Shown: piece after piece, positions 27,545 to 37,662 of the stretch
Layout: each line of letters begins with the position of its first letter
Numbering within the stretch: position 1 is the stretch's first letter
Virus record (IMG/VR): IMGVR_UViG_3300023202_000336
Coordinates: 64,001-128,000 of that record
Length of the DNA stretch: 64,000 bases
Direction: 5' to 3' (one strand)
Source of the DNA: a virus
The notes under the pieces: model-generated
Seen by the model: only the letters and a program-made list of their open reading frames with translations
Told to the model about the DNA's origin: nothing
Databases searched by the model: none
Translations under genes and position numbers: made by a program

Positions 27545-29012
27545 TTTCGATGCGCTCATAAAAGAAGCTCTTCGAGATCCGAAGCAACTCTGGCGTGCGC
27601 TCGATTCTTTCTGGCGTCATCGTACCGAACCGTCGACGCGTGATCTCGTCCAGTACCTGAGCTTCGCTAATCTCCTCTTGTACCTGAACGTGCGCGCGAG
27701 AAGTAATCATTTTGTTTCGATGCAGAATCCTTCTCAGATGCAGAAGGTGCTCAAGCAGCCTTGGCTTCCCATAGTGATCTTCAAAGATCAGCTCGAGGAA
27801 GTCGATTTCATCAAGTACGGTGATGGGTTCGATTACGACGATCCGCCCGAATTCGATTATGGAGATGGGACGGGAACTTCGACATTCCGTTATCCGCTCG
27901 ATGATAATGTTTTCGATGTGAAGGAACTCGTCGATTCGGTCACCGAAACACGTTTTGCGTTTGATGCCTCGCAGTTCGATTTCGACCGCGATAAGCGAGA
28001 GCTTGCGTTTGATATCGATCCGTTCACTATTGTGCCTTCGAAGACGCTTCAGGAGAGTGGACGCGAATATATCGTCCTTTGGGCACGGAACATCGAGATC
28101 GACCTGGAGGCACCGTTTCGGTGGAACGGGTTCCTCGCCCGATACAGCGGTATCACTTCGGAACAGTACGTTGAAAGTCTCAAGATACTTTGGAGGCTCA
28201 TCATACATGGCCCGAACACGAGGGACTTCAAAAGCGGGCTCATGGCGGCCCTCGGATTTCCGTTCGCGAAAGAGGACGGAGTCATCCGTCGGATCGACGA
28301 TGATGGGCACCAGTTACTGATTTCGACGGATGAAACGACGCACAAGGCGAGTAATTCACTCTCGGCGGTAGTACAGGTCGGTGACGAAGTCGAAGACGGG
28401 ACGCCGCTGACGGACGGTGTGAAGTTCTTCGAATACGAGGAGACGCTGTTAGCTACCGACGAGGAGCTTCCGGCGCTCTCGATGACGGTCCCCCTGAGCA
28501 CCGGGAAAGTTGTTGAGCTCCTTTTCCGTAATTTCGATACAGTCTGGGACTTCGAAGCTGGGCGGCCCTCCGAGTGGAGGTTTCCAATTTCTGGAGAGGA
28601 CCCTGACATCGAGCAGTTCTGGGTTGACGTCGATACCTTCGCGACGGCAAACGGTATCGATCTCGAAACGACCTTTGGGCTCCCCGACGTCATCAACCCG
28701 ATGCGGATGATCATCGACCAGCTTCTGAAGAACAACCTCTTCGTCGCTTCGCTGGATAACGAAGATATCCCAGTGAGTAATCCGGCTGGATTTGCCGATC
28801 GGGCGCGGAAATTGCTCCTCTCGCCGGCCCAGCTTATCGTGATCCATCAGGACGTTGGAAGCGTTTCCGACGCCTACGATCTTGGTGTTAACACTTCCGA
28901 AACCGTCGGGTTTGGATACCATGCACTTCCGTCGACGGAAGTAATTTCGGTCCCTGGAAGTGGTACTGATCTGACGTTTTTCGACTACGCACCCATGGTG
29001 GCAACCTCATGA
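27537..29012 (+). CDS. Baseplate wedge protein (gp7-like)
   Basis: Follows J-like gene; YVESLKILWRLIIHGPN..ALGFP pattern. Confidence 0.5.
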   Translation: MFDFDALIKEALRDPKQLWRALDSFWRHRTEPSTRDLVQYLSFANLLLYLNVRARSNHFVSMQNPSQMQKVLKQPWLPIVIFKDQLEEVDFIKYGDGFDYDDPPEFDYGDGTGTSTFRYPLDDNVFDVKELVDSVTETRFAFDASQFDFDRDKRELAFDIDPFTIVPSKTLQESGREYIVLWARNIEIDLEAPFRWNGFLARYSGITSEQYVESLKILWRLIIHGPNTRDFKSGLMAALGFPFAKEDGVIRRIDDDGHQLLISTDETTHKASNSLSAVVQVGDEVEDGTPLTDGVKFFEYEETLLATDEELPALSMTVPLSTGKVVELLFRNFDTVWDFEAGRPSEWRFPISGEDPDIEQFWVDVDTFATANGIDLETTFGLPDVINPMRMIIDQLLKNNLFVASLDNEDIPVSNPAGFADRARKLLLSPAQLIVIHQDVGSVSDAYDLGVNTSETVGFGYHALPSTEVISVPGSGTDLTFFDYAPMVATS

Positions 29013-29557
29013 GAGATGTATTCGACCTTTCGAAGTTCCTCCGTGGATACGTGAGGGTTTGGAACGAAGTCGGCGATGTGACCGAATCGGACAATCTCGT
29101 CGTTTTCAACGGTGGCGATATCATAACGCAGCTCCTCGCTGGTAATCAGGAGTATCAGATATCGCACTTCTATTTCCTCTACGAGAACACTGTCGGCTCT
29201 CCGGCGCCGATCGCCCCTGCTCGGAGCGATACTGCAACGTCGCTCCAGTCGATCACCCCGCCCCAGGATCTGTTGCGAGCGTCGATTCTCGACCCGGTGA
29301 CGCTCGAGGCGGCGGACGTGAATCACCTTTTCAACCGGGCGACATTCCTTTCCGTGACGGCGTCGTCGACGGGTGATGTGAACGGATTGAGCTTCGGCGC
29401 TGGGAGCGACTCGAAGGTCTTCCATCTCGGGATGGTTGCGGCGCCGACCGGAGCGATCGGTGGCGACATATTGTACGCCTCGTTCTCGCTCCCGACCGAA
29501 ATCCCGGCAGCTGGAAGTGGTCAGATCTCGGCGGCCTGGGCGACGGAGGCTGATTAA
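29009..29557 (+). CDS. Putative baseplate/tail-fibre attachment protein
   Basis: NLVVFNGGDIITQLLAG start typical of such proteins; overlap coupling. Confidence 0.45.
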   Translation: MRDVFDLSKFLRGYVRVWNEVGDVTESDNLVVFNGGDIITQLLAGNQEYQISHFYFLYENTVGSPAPIAPARSDTATSLQSITPPQDLLRASILDPVTLEAADVNHLFNRATFLSVTASSTGDVNGLSFGAGSDSKVFHLGMVAAPTGAIGGDILYASFSLPTEIPAAGSGQISAAWATEAD

Positions 29558-31302
29558 TGGCGACGTTTCCTCCGATGGTTCGCTTGTTCGTTGACGGTGA
29601 TCCGGCGAATGCGTCGACAACCAACATCCATATCAATCAGCTGATCCAGCGCACCGATTGGCTCAAGGATCAGCTCGAGCAGTTCATCGAAGGCAAGCGC
29701 CTGATCCTGCCGAACCAGCAGGTCGAGTCTGGGTTGATCCCGGGAACGCCGGTCTACATGGATACGTCGACCGACGTGTTCCGTGCTGCACAGGCGAAGG
29801 TCAGTGAAGACGATGCGAATCTCGCTGACCCGGAGACCTTCTGGCAGGGGATTATCCTGACGGTCAGCGGAACGACTGCTGACATCGCGCTGGTAGGTGC
29901 GATTGAGCAGGATACCGGAGACTGGGATGCGGTCTTCGAGGATGGATCGTTTGCTTCCGGTGACGTTTTCCTCTCAGCAGTCGAAGCGGGCAAGATTACG
30001 ACGGAGCGTGGAACGCTCGGTGTTTATATCGGGCACATGCGCTCCACTGGTGAGTTGCTGATCAAATCAGGGGCTCCGGGTGCTTTCCTCGATCACGTCC
30101 ACTTCCAGCGGCTGCTTCAGGGAGAGCCTGCTGGGACGGTGACGGATCCGGCGTTCGGTGATCCGCACGCGGTCGACACGCCCGATTCCAACGAGCAGGG
30201 CTGGCTCCCGGCGAACTCGACGTACTTTCCCGGATTCGTCGTTGGCGTACAGATTCCGACCGGAGCGAAATTCGGTTACAACATTCAGCATCCAGATGAA
30301 GAGGATCTTCGCGAGATCTTCCCGGTTCTTCCGGCCGATAATGCGCAGTTCAGTCAAGGCGGGGCGATCGTCGATACGTCGAAGATTGTCATCAACGAGT
30401 TCGGTATCTGGTGGCTGGATAACACTTACGGAAACGCGCCGTGGCCGGTCGATTTCGCTGCGAATGGGGTCGCGACCGATATCCTTCTCTGGTCGACGCG
30501 TATCATCGCGCAAGCATCGTTCGCTGATACGCTGCTCGCGATCATTTTGAATGAGCTCGCATCGGGTGAGATCGATAACATCGCAGTCTCGAGTATCCTT
30601 TCCGGAGCGAGCGGTGACCTCGAAGTTACCGGTACCGAAGGTGACGCTGTCAATGGCTTTCAGGGGCAGGTGACGGTCACCAACAAAGGCGTCACCGCTC
30701 AGCGTCATGGCCGCGGCCTGATCATTACTGCTCCGAGCGGAAACAATACCACTGGGTTCAAGGGTCTGCTCGATATCGATTTCGACGCAGATATCCCGGC
30801 TCAGCATATCTGGACCGAGTTGACCGGTGGCGGCGACAAGGTCGATCTTTTCACGACAAACGGCGTGAATAGCGGTACGTCGATTGGCCTTCGTGCACAC
30901 GTTCTCGGATCTGATATCGGGAACGACTTCATCGATTTCATGATCCACGTCGGTCAGGATCTGATCTCGACGGTCGATTACGAAGTGACGATCAGGATTC
31001 TCGGTGGGTCCGACACTGCGTCGCTCGTGACACCGGTTCTGCGTGACGTGAACGTATCGTTCTATCGCATGTCGATCGGGTCGCCGGCGTCAGATACGAC
31101 TTTCGTCCGTACCGAGCAGTTCCAGGTCAAAGAAGGTGCTCCGGGCGAACTTCAGCGGGCGAGCGTTGGACCGTTTGCGGACGTGTTTGTGAATCAGAAT
31201 GATTCGATTCTGGTACGGTTCGAGAACAACAACGCAGGGAACCCGCTTCCGGCTGGGACGTTCCGGCTGCTGCAGGTTCTCTACGATTTGAACAAGGCGT
31301 AA
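29557..31302 (+). CDS. Putative tail fibre/baseplate protein
   Basis: QLIQRTDWLKDQLE N-terminus, LIPGTPVY..A.A motif, Gly-rich beta segments. Confidence 0.55.
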   Translation: MATFPPMVRLFVDGDPANASTTNIHINQLIQRTDWLKDQLEQFIEGKRLILPNQQVESGLIPGTPVYMDTSTDVFRAAQAKVSEDDANLADPETFWQGIILTVSGTTADIALVGAIEQDTGDWDAVFEDGSFASGDVFLSAVEAGKITTERGTLGVYIGHMRSTGELLIKSGAPGAFLDHVHFQRLLQGEPAGTVTDPAFGDPHAVDTPDSNEQGWLPANSTYFPGFVVGVQIPTGAKFGYNIQHPDEEDLREIFPVLPADNAQFSQGGAIVDTSKIVINEFGIWWLDNTYGNAPWPVDFAANGVATDILLWSTRIIAQASFADTLLAIILNELASGEIDNIAVSSILSGASGDLEVTGTEGDAVNGFQGQVTVTNKGVTAQRHGRGLIITAPSGNNTTGFKGLLDIDFDADIPAQHIWTELTGGGDKVDLFTTNGVNSGTSIGLRAHVLGSDIGNDFIDFMIHVGQDLISTVDYEVTIRILGGSDTASLVTPVLRDVNVSFYRMSIGSPASDTTFVRTEQFQVKEGAPGELQRASVGPFADVFVNQNDSILVRFENNNAGNPLPAGTFRLLQVLYDLNKA

Positions 31303-31303
31303 C

Positions 31304-31684
31304 ATGGCGTTTTCGGTAACGCTTGAGAAGCAACTCACGGCGACGGATCCGGCTACGCAGCCGGAGCCGATCAAAGTGATCTTGAAGGTGACCGCTTTCG
31401 ACGGGATCCCCGACGCTGGCGTGTTTCTCTTCCTCGTCGATACGGTGACCGGAGTCCCTTTCTTCGATACCATTGCTTCTGTCGTTGATTACGATGAATT
31501 TTTCGTAGACGTGATCAGCGGGAACACGCACGTACGGAAGTCTGAGGTCGAGAAGGTCTTCGAAACGTCCGAAGCTGCCGAAGAGTTTATCACCAGTGCT
31601 GAAGGCGGCATTCAGACGCTTGTGGATGACTTCAAGCGGATCGACGATTTCGATCCGCCGGTGACGAACGTCATCAGTGCCTAG
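31304..31684 (+). CDS. Hypothetical virion protein
   Basis: Contiguous ORF in operon. Confidence 0.55.
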   Translation: MAFSVTLEKQLTATDPATQPEPIKVILKVTAFDGIPDAGVFLFLVDTVTGVPFFDTIASVVDYDEFFVDVISGNTHVRKSEVEKVFETSEAAEEFITSAEGGIQTLVDDFKRIDDFDPPVTNVISA

Positions 31685-31961
31685 ACAACGTGTTGTCGAT
31701 ACCGCATTCCTCGTGCGGCTCGCGAGGAATAAACTTTTTCGTTGGATGAACTCGCTCGAGCCGATTCGTAAGATCGCCTCCGGTCAGCGGAAAAGCAGCT
31801 GCTGCGGGAAGAAATCGTTCACTGCGAAGAACGTTCCTTCGCATGTCTTTCAGTCGGTTATTCGTCAGCCGACTTTTCGCGACGATCTTTTACGCCTGAA
31901 ACAAGACCTCGGCGTACAGGAGCTCACTCTCCAAGTACTGCACCTTCGGGAGACGCTGTAA
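31677..31961 (+). CDS. Small basic hypothetical protein (SSCCG motif)
   Basis: Overlaps upstream stop. Confidence 0.5.
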   Translation: MPRQRVVDTAFLVRLARNKLFRWMNSLEPIRKIASGQRKSSCCGKKSFTAKNVPSHVFQSVIRQPTFRDDLLRLKQDLGVQELTLQVLHLRETL

Positions 31962-32595
31962 AGTCGATTCCGAGCTCCATCAGATGCGCGATGAGCTTCT
32001 CGGCCTGCGATTCGACCCACTGATCGATCTCATCAGCTTTCGACTGCTGGACGCCCCACGTTGCCGCGTACATCGCAGCATCGTCGGTCCCCTCTTTTCC
32101 GGGGAGACGATCAGCAGCGAAATCGAGGATCTTCGGGGCACGCGTGAATCCTTCGTCATCGAGGACGACGCGGACGTACTTCTGGATATCGCGCCCCCAC
32201 GGCTGTTCGGGTGAGCGTGTCGTAGGGTCAGGGTCGTTCAGCCGGATCTCAGCGACGGCCCAGGCAGTATCGTCGACGCTCGGGACCCCCTGCTCGAGGC
32301 CGACCCCTTGGCGATTGAGCGCTGAGATCGTCTCATCGAAGACGGGGACCTGCTTATAGACCGCGTCTGTCGTGAGGACGTTCTGGAGCGCCATCAGCTG
32401 GTCGTAGACGCGTCGGGGCATCTCGACCCCGAAATCTTCTTTCACCTGGAGCTGGATCGTCACGCCGTCCCAGTCGATGACCTCGAGACCGTAGGCCTTC
32501 ATCAGGCCGGCGAGGAGCACCGTTGCGAAGGTTTCTCGCTCGCCGCTGAGGAACGGGGCGAGATCGACTTTCAGGTGGCGTTCAAGGATCGGCAT
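31924..32595 (-). CDS. Hypothetical protein
   Basis: 223-aa ORF with typical codon bias. Confidence 0.65.
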   Translation of the reverse strand: MPILERHLKVDLAPFLSGERETFATVLLAGLMKAYGLEVIDWDGVTIQLQVKEDFGVEMPRRVYDQLMALQNVLTTDAVYKQVPVFDETISALNRQGVGLEQGVPSVDDTAWAVAEIRLNDPDPTTRSPEQPWGRDIQKYVRVVLDDEGFTRAPKILDFAADRLPGKEGTDDAAMYAATWGVQQSKADEIDQWVESQAEKLIAHLMELGIDFTASPEGAVLGE

Positions 32596-32616
32596 GTATC
32601 TGTGTACGCGCGAACA

Positions 32617-33570
32617 CTATTCTGAGAGGCGGACCAGCAGGTCGGCATCACCACGAGGGAGCGTCGGCAGCACCGAGGCGAGCTCACCAGCGTCCAGATC
32701 GACCAGCCCCGGATCCACTGCCGCGAGCGCCTCCTTCTGGACCTGCGTCACGTCGATCGACTTCCCGTTCACGAGCTTCGCTTCTGCGTACTTATAGGAG
32801 GCCAATTTTGAGAGTTTTTCCGTGGTGCGGCCCGAGGCTATCAGATCCTCAGGAAGCCCAATCTCGCTGCCGTATTTGGCCGTGAGACCCGTCTCTGCAT
32901 CGAAGTGCTCGATCGCTTCCATCGCTGCCTTGATGAAGTCCTCGTCAAAACGCAGAGTAGCGTCCTCAGCCATCTTGCTCAGGACTTCGGCCAGCTTCTG
33001 CTTCTCGTCGGTGTAAGCGGCTTCTTTCGCCAGATTCAGCCGTTCGAGAAGGGTCTGCTCGATGGTCTCCTCGGTCGGATACCCGAATCCTGCCGCTTTG
33101 TGCAAGTACGTGTTCAGATAATCCGGGATGTGCGCGGCGAACTTCTCAGCGCGGGCGAGGAGCCTGGCAGCTGCCTTCTTTCGCCACGCGTAGGGGTAGC
33201 GGTGCCGGTTCTCGTAGAGCGCCCGAGCCGCCGTTTTGGTGGATCCAGCGTCGTAGGCCGCGAACTTTCGGATCTTCTGTCCGCCAGCCTCAGCCACCAG
33301 TGCGTAGTCGTGTTCCTGCAGCTTCGGCGGCGCGTAATTGGCGATCTTTTCCTGCGCCTGCGAGCAGTCCTTCTCGATGCGCCAAAACCGTGCGTACTTC
33401 TTCAGTTCATCGATTTCTTCGTCGTGAGCCTCTTTCACAACACCTCTTATGAACGATAAGAAGGTTGCGTTTTTGCTTTTGTGGTGATAGTTATCCGGGT
33501 CAGACGCTTCCTTGACGAGGTCAGAACGACCGACCAACTGAAGCGCTTTCTCGATAGTCAAGGTGCTCAT
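32617..33570 (-). CDS. Hypothetical helical protein rich in K-x-A motifs (possible head-associated protein)
   Basis: LVKEAS, LHKAAG, LAKEAA, LSKLAS; SD-like GAGGG upstream. Confidence 0.6.
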   Translation of the reverse strand: MSTLTIEKALQLVGRSDLVKEASDPDNYHHKSKNATFLSFIRGVVKEAHDEEIDELKKYARFWRIEKDCSQAQEKIANYAPPKLQEHDYALVAEAGGQKIRKFAAYDAGSTKTAARALYENRHRYPYAWRKKAAARLLARAEKFAAHIPDYLNTYLHKAAGFGYPTEETIEQTLLERLNLAKEAAYTDEKQKLAEVLSKMAEDATLRFDEDFIKAAMEAIEHFDAETGLTAKYGSEIGLPEDLIASGRTTEKLSKLASYKYAEAKLVNGKSIDVTQVQKEALAAVDPGLVDLDAGELASVLPTLPRGDADLLVRLSE

Positions 33571-36004
33571 GCGAATTGACCCTCATGGGACGCTGGCGTT
33601 ACTGGGAGTCGACGTTGGTCGGATATATCCGACATCGACTGATTGTCCACTCTGTAGATCGATCGGCAACCTCGAAATCAGGTCTGCGCACCATTTCCAC
33701 TGCCGGAACTGTCACTTCATCGGCGACATCGTCGAATTCTATGCAAGTGCGAAAGGGCTAGAGCTCGCAGAGGCGGTCAGCGAGCTCCCGCGACTCGGGG
33801 TCGCCGATTTCGAGGGTCGACATAAGTTCTACCTCGAGAAGAAGGAGCAGCAGCAGGAGCTGAAACAGTTCTTCGCCAGCGCTTCCGAGACCTTTACGAA
33901 GAATCCACCGCAGTCGACTCCCGAGATCATCTCGCGCCTGAAGATCCGCCATAATCGGCAGGTCTTCAAGCATCTCCAGCCGCACGTCGGGATCGCTCTT
34001 CGATCGCAATTCAAAGAGCTGGATATGAAGCTCCCGAAGCATGCGAAAGAGGCGCTCAGGCTCTGGGGGGTACGTTGGGCACTCGTGATCCCGACGTGGT
34101 CAGACGCCGACGTAGTCGGGATGTGGGTCATCACGAAGAGCAACGCTTGCTACCTCCCTTTCACGGATGAGATCAACTATCCGGCAGCCTTTGCGATGGT
34201 CCCGTCGATCCACGACGACACGGTCGTTGTGGTCGACGATATTCTGGCGGCGCTCCGCATGAGTGTCTGGTCGGTACTCGAGACGGGGCGTTGCCACGGG
34301 TTCGTCGTACCGTACGGTCTCAACGACCGGGCGGAGCTCTACAGCTGCGGGAAGACCGTTTTCTGGTCGGTAACGCGGAACCTCTCGTGGTTAATGCGCG
34401 CGATTTCGACGCCAACAGCGGCTATTCTCGATTCGAAGCTGATCGGTGACTTCGATCCGCTCGAGTCGTATCCGTGTCGCGGGAGCTTCGTCCAATTCAA
34501 ACGTCTCGTTTCCGAAGCGCTCCCTGCGCATCAGCAGCTCGCGGCGGATCTCACTTCGCTCAAGAAGAGCGAAGCACGATCGATGCTCTCCGGCGCGTCG
34601 TTCGAACCGGGTGAGAAGGCGAAGATGCTCGCGTACGTACAGGGATCGGACAGCATCTTTCTGTCGCAGCTCTTCGACGACGAGGTCGATACGGTCGCGG
34701 TGACGTGGGATGGTGAGACGATTTACGACACCGAAGAAGGATGGCGCCTCCCTGGTGGGAAGGTAATCGCGTCGGCGAAGCTCTTCATTGATCAGATACA
34801 TGCTGCAAGCGACGCGAACGAAGCTCTGGTACGAGGGTCGATCGTCTTCAACAAGCGGAGCTATATTTTCCGAGAGAAGCTCGGAATCATTCAGGAGAAC
34901 CCGGCGAAGTGGATTACAAATTATCTCGTCGGTATCGGTGCTTCGGGCGGTATCCCCTACTTCGATATGAAGTGGAAAAAGAAGTTGATCGAAGTTGCGC
35001 AGCAGTTCCAGGAGCCAGAGGTTATTTCGGAAGCGCAGGGTTACGGCTGGCGCGGGCCGGAGGACCGCAAGTATCTGCGGATGCCGAGCTTCGTAGTCGA
35101 TTCTACGGGGGTCCATCCTACCGCTGGCCTTATGGAAGGCCCTGCGCTCGTCCTCCCGCACCCGCTTTCGTCGCGCGAGTGGAGTGCCTTCCGAAGCATG
35201 AGTTTTGCGCGATTGGTGCTCGTGTTTTTAGGGACGATGGTTCGAACGCGCCAAGGGTTCCCGGGATTTGGAATCATGTTGACGAACGAGCCACATGTAA
35301 TCGCACGAATAGCTTACACGATCTCGGCAGACGTCGTCAGTTGCCCTTCGAACGAATACATCGATCAGCACCTTTTCGATCCGTTGCCGCTCTTCACCGA
35401 GTGGAACGAGCAGAGCATTCCGAAGATTTTCGAGAAGCGCGGAATGAAGAACATCATGCTAAGCGTCGATTCGCATACCGCTGAGGTGAGTAAAATCTAT
35501 ACCGATTGGGTACACCTTCGTATCGGGGACATCGTCGATTATCAGGCGCTTCGAGCAGTCTTTCTCCTGCTCCCGAAGTTACTCCACGACGACAAAATCG
35601 ACCCAGCGTCCCCCGAGTTCTTCAAGCGTATTGCTGCTTCGCTTCAGGCTGAGCTCGATGAGAGTTGTGACGGTCATCAGCTTCTGATGGCCGCGTCTCA
35701 ACTCGATCACTACTGCAGCTGTAGAAATCAGTTTACCTCGGCGAGCCGTCTTCTCGAATTCATATTCTATGGGATCGAGCGAGATTTCATCACCCCGCGT
35801 ATCGAAGACGACGGCGTCGTGATACTTCACGAGGAGTTCCTCGCCGCTACGTCGAGTACGCTCGTACCGGTTCCGTCGCTTTCGGAGCTGACGGAAACGT
35901 TCTCCGAAGCACGTTTCCTCGTTCCCGACCGTAAACCACGTAGCGCGTGGAAAATCAGCCGAACGACCTGGGACGTAAATCAGACACTGATCGCCGCCCG
36001 TTAA
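33569..36004 (+). CDS. DNA primase-type zinc-finger protein with a large uncharacterised C-terminal region
   Basis: CPLC..FHCRNCHFIGDIVEF..GLELAEAVSEL (CHC2-like zinc-binding domain). Confidence 0.6.
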   Translation: MRIDPHGTLALLGVDVGRIYPTSTDCPLCRSIGNLEIRSAHHFHCRNCHFIGDIVEFYASAKGLELAEAVSELPRLGVADFEGRHKFYLEKKEQQQELKQFFASASETFTKNPPQSTPEIISRLKIRHNRQVFKHLQPHVGIALRSQFKELDMKLPKHAKEALRLWGVRWALVIPTWSDADVVGMWVITKSNACYLPFTDEINYPAAFAMVPSIHDDTVVVVDDILAALRMSVWSVLETGRCHGFVVPYGLNDRAELYSCGKTVFWSVTRNLSWLMRAISTPTAAILDSKLIGDFDPLESYPCRGSFVQFKRLVSEALPAHQQLAADLTSLKKSEARSMLSGASFEPGEKAKMLAYVQGSDSIFLSQLFDDEVDTVAVTWDGETIYDTEEGWRLPGGKVIASAKLFIDQIHAASDANEALVRGSIVFNKRSYIFREKLGIIQENPAKWITNYLVGIGASGGIPYFDMKWKKKLIEVAQQFQEPEVISEAQGYGWRGPEDRKYLRMPSFVVDSTGVHPTAGLMEGPALVLPHPLSSREWSAFRSMSFARLVLVFLGTMVRTRQGFPGFGIMLTNEPHVIARIAYTISADVVSCPSNEYIDQHLFDPLPLFTEWNEQSIPKIFEKRGMKNIMLSVDSHTAEVSKIYTDWVHLRIGDIVDYQALRAVFLLLPKLLHDDKIDPASPEFFKRIAASLQAELDESCDGHQLLMAASQLDHYCSCRNQFTSASRLLEFIFYGIERDFITPRIEDDGVVILHEEFLAATSSTLVPVPSLSELTETFSEARFLVPDRKPRSAWKISRTTWDVNQTLIAAR

Positions 36005-37662
36005 TCGAGCGGCTGTTTTTCCATCAATTTCGCGAGCTCTTCGTCGGGCTCTTCCGGATCGCGGAGCGTCGAATACTTACCGACCTTCTTCGTGATCCCC
36101 ATATACTCGGCGATCGTATCGGCGTCCCAGCTGATCATTCGAGCACGTTCGGCGATGTTGTACTTCTTATGATGTTCGTGTGGAACACACGAGGGGGTAC
36201 GTTCGTGAAAGAAGTGAGCAAGAGGACCACCTACACGAATTACTTTTGCACCGAGCTTCTGCGCCCGCGCAACCACCTCGTCATCCTCTGCGCCCCAGCC
36301 ACGGAAAAGCTCAGAAAAACCACGAATATGACGAAGGAAAGAAGTACGGTGAAGGCAAATACCGCCGCCAATAACCTGATCAAAAGCATGGTCATAATTC
36401 CTCGGGTCGTTTACGGCGCTGAAGTCGAACTCTCCGTATTTTGCGTCTCGAATGAACTTTCGATGAAGATGATAGAAGATAGAATAAGGCATTGCGATAT
36501 CGGCGTCGCCTTCGACGATATTTTCGTACGCTGTTTGAAGACTCTGCCCTGGGATGATAGTATCGGTATCCCACACTGCTATGGCTTTTGACTCGATCCA
36601 CGGAAGTACCGTATTGAAGGGGCGGCCACGGCACCACACTTCAGCTTTACTTCGTTGTACGAATACGTAGCGGATACGATCATTATCTTTGAAAAAGTTG
36701 AAGAGCTTCGGTTCATCGTCTACTTCTACTACGTAAAGTAATGGTACGTGAAGTCTTTTCGTTACGTACTCTGACACTACTAACAGGTTCTCGAGTCTAT
36801 CGGTCGAATCGATTTTCACGGGCATGATTGCGGTGAGTTCGTTGAGCATAGTTTCGGCCCCTACTGTATTACAGGAATTCGACGCGACATTTTTCGGTCT
36901 TTCTAGGAACTGGCGAGCAGCGACGTTAAAGGTCGTATCTTTTTCAAAGATATCTGATTCACGTATATGTTTAAGGAACGGCTCATACGCCACCTTTTGA
37001 CATAGATCTATTACGTAGGACTGTGAAAAGTTAACGTTGTTTTCGTATAACATAATACGCCCCTGGTCGTCCCAAGTATTTCGGCCGAAGCCATTCAGAA
37101 TCACCCCAGATACAAGCTCTGGATATTTTGATCTGAGCGCCGTCGTGACTTCTCCGGTGTATATCCCCCATCCTTTCAGAATATAGTGCGCGTAAGTAAG
37201 ATAGATTTTTAGAAACTCACTACCAGCCGGTGCTAAAAGTCCGCTGGTCATCAAACGCTGTGAGCCATCAGAGAGGTATTCCCATGGTACAAGGCACTTA
37301 TTAGTATTCAGAAACGGTTTAAGATCTTTGAGGAACAAAGTATCTATATCGTAATAGACCCCGCCCCGTTCGTAAACGATTTCAACTCTTGCAAGGTTTG
37401 AGATAGCTGCGTGGTTCGGCATCGTTTCGCCGTTAATTTCTCGTTTAAAGTTGTAGTACTCGACATTGGCATACTTTTTAGCGCTGTTCCAATACTCGTT
37501 ATCCTCCGGTTCCGGGCCGTCAATATATATTGTAATCGATTCCGGATCCTGCGTATCGTAACATGATTTAATACTTAGGTAATGATAAAGACAAAACGGT
37601 TTAGCATCCTTACCGTTAACAGGGAGTACGAGGAATATAAAATGGAATTTTTTTGGAATCAT
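36001..37662 (-). CDS. Bifunctional glycosyltransferase: DXD/GT32-like N-terminus fused to GT2/GT7-like C-terminus
   Basis: YERGGVYYDIDT; AVWDTDT; FRGWGAEDDE. Confidence 0.85.
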   Translation of the reverse strand: MIPKKFHFIFLVLPVNGKDAKPFCLYHYLSIKSCYDTQDPESITIYIDGPEPEDNEYWNSAKKYANVEYYNFKREINGETMPNHAAISNLARVEIVYERGGVYYDIDTLFLKDLKPFLNTNKCLVPWEYLSDGSQRLMTSGLLAPAGSEFLKIYLTYAHYILKGWGIYTGEVTTALRSKYPELVSGVILNGFGRNTWDDQGRIMLYENNVNFSQSYVIDLCQKVAYEPFLKHIRESDIFEKDTTFNVAARQFLERPKNVASNSCNTVGAETMLNELTAIMPVKIDSTDRLENLLVVSEYVTKRLHVPLLYVVEVDDEPKLFNFFKDNDRIRYVFVQRSKAEVWCRGRPFNTVLPWIESKAIAVWDTDTIIPGQSLQTAYENIVEGDADIAMPYSIFYHLHRKFIRDAKYGEFDFSAVNDPRNYDHAFDQVIGGGICLHRTSFLRHIRGFSELFRGWGAEDDEVVARAQKLGAKVIRVGGPLAHFFHERTPSCVPHEHHKKYNIAERARMISWDADTIAEYMGITKKVGKYSTLRDPEEPDEELAKLMEKQPLD

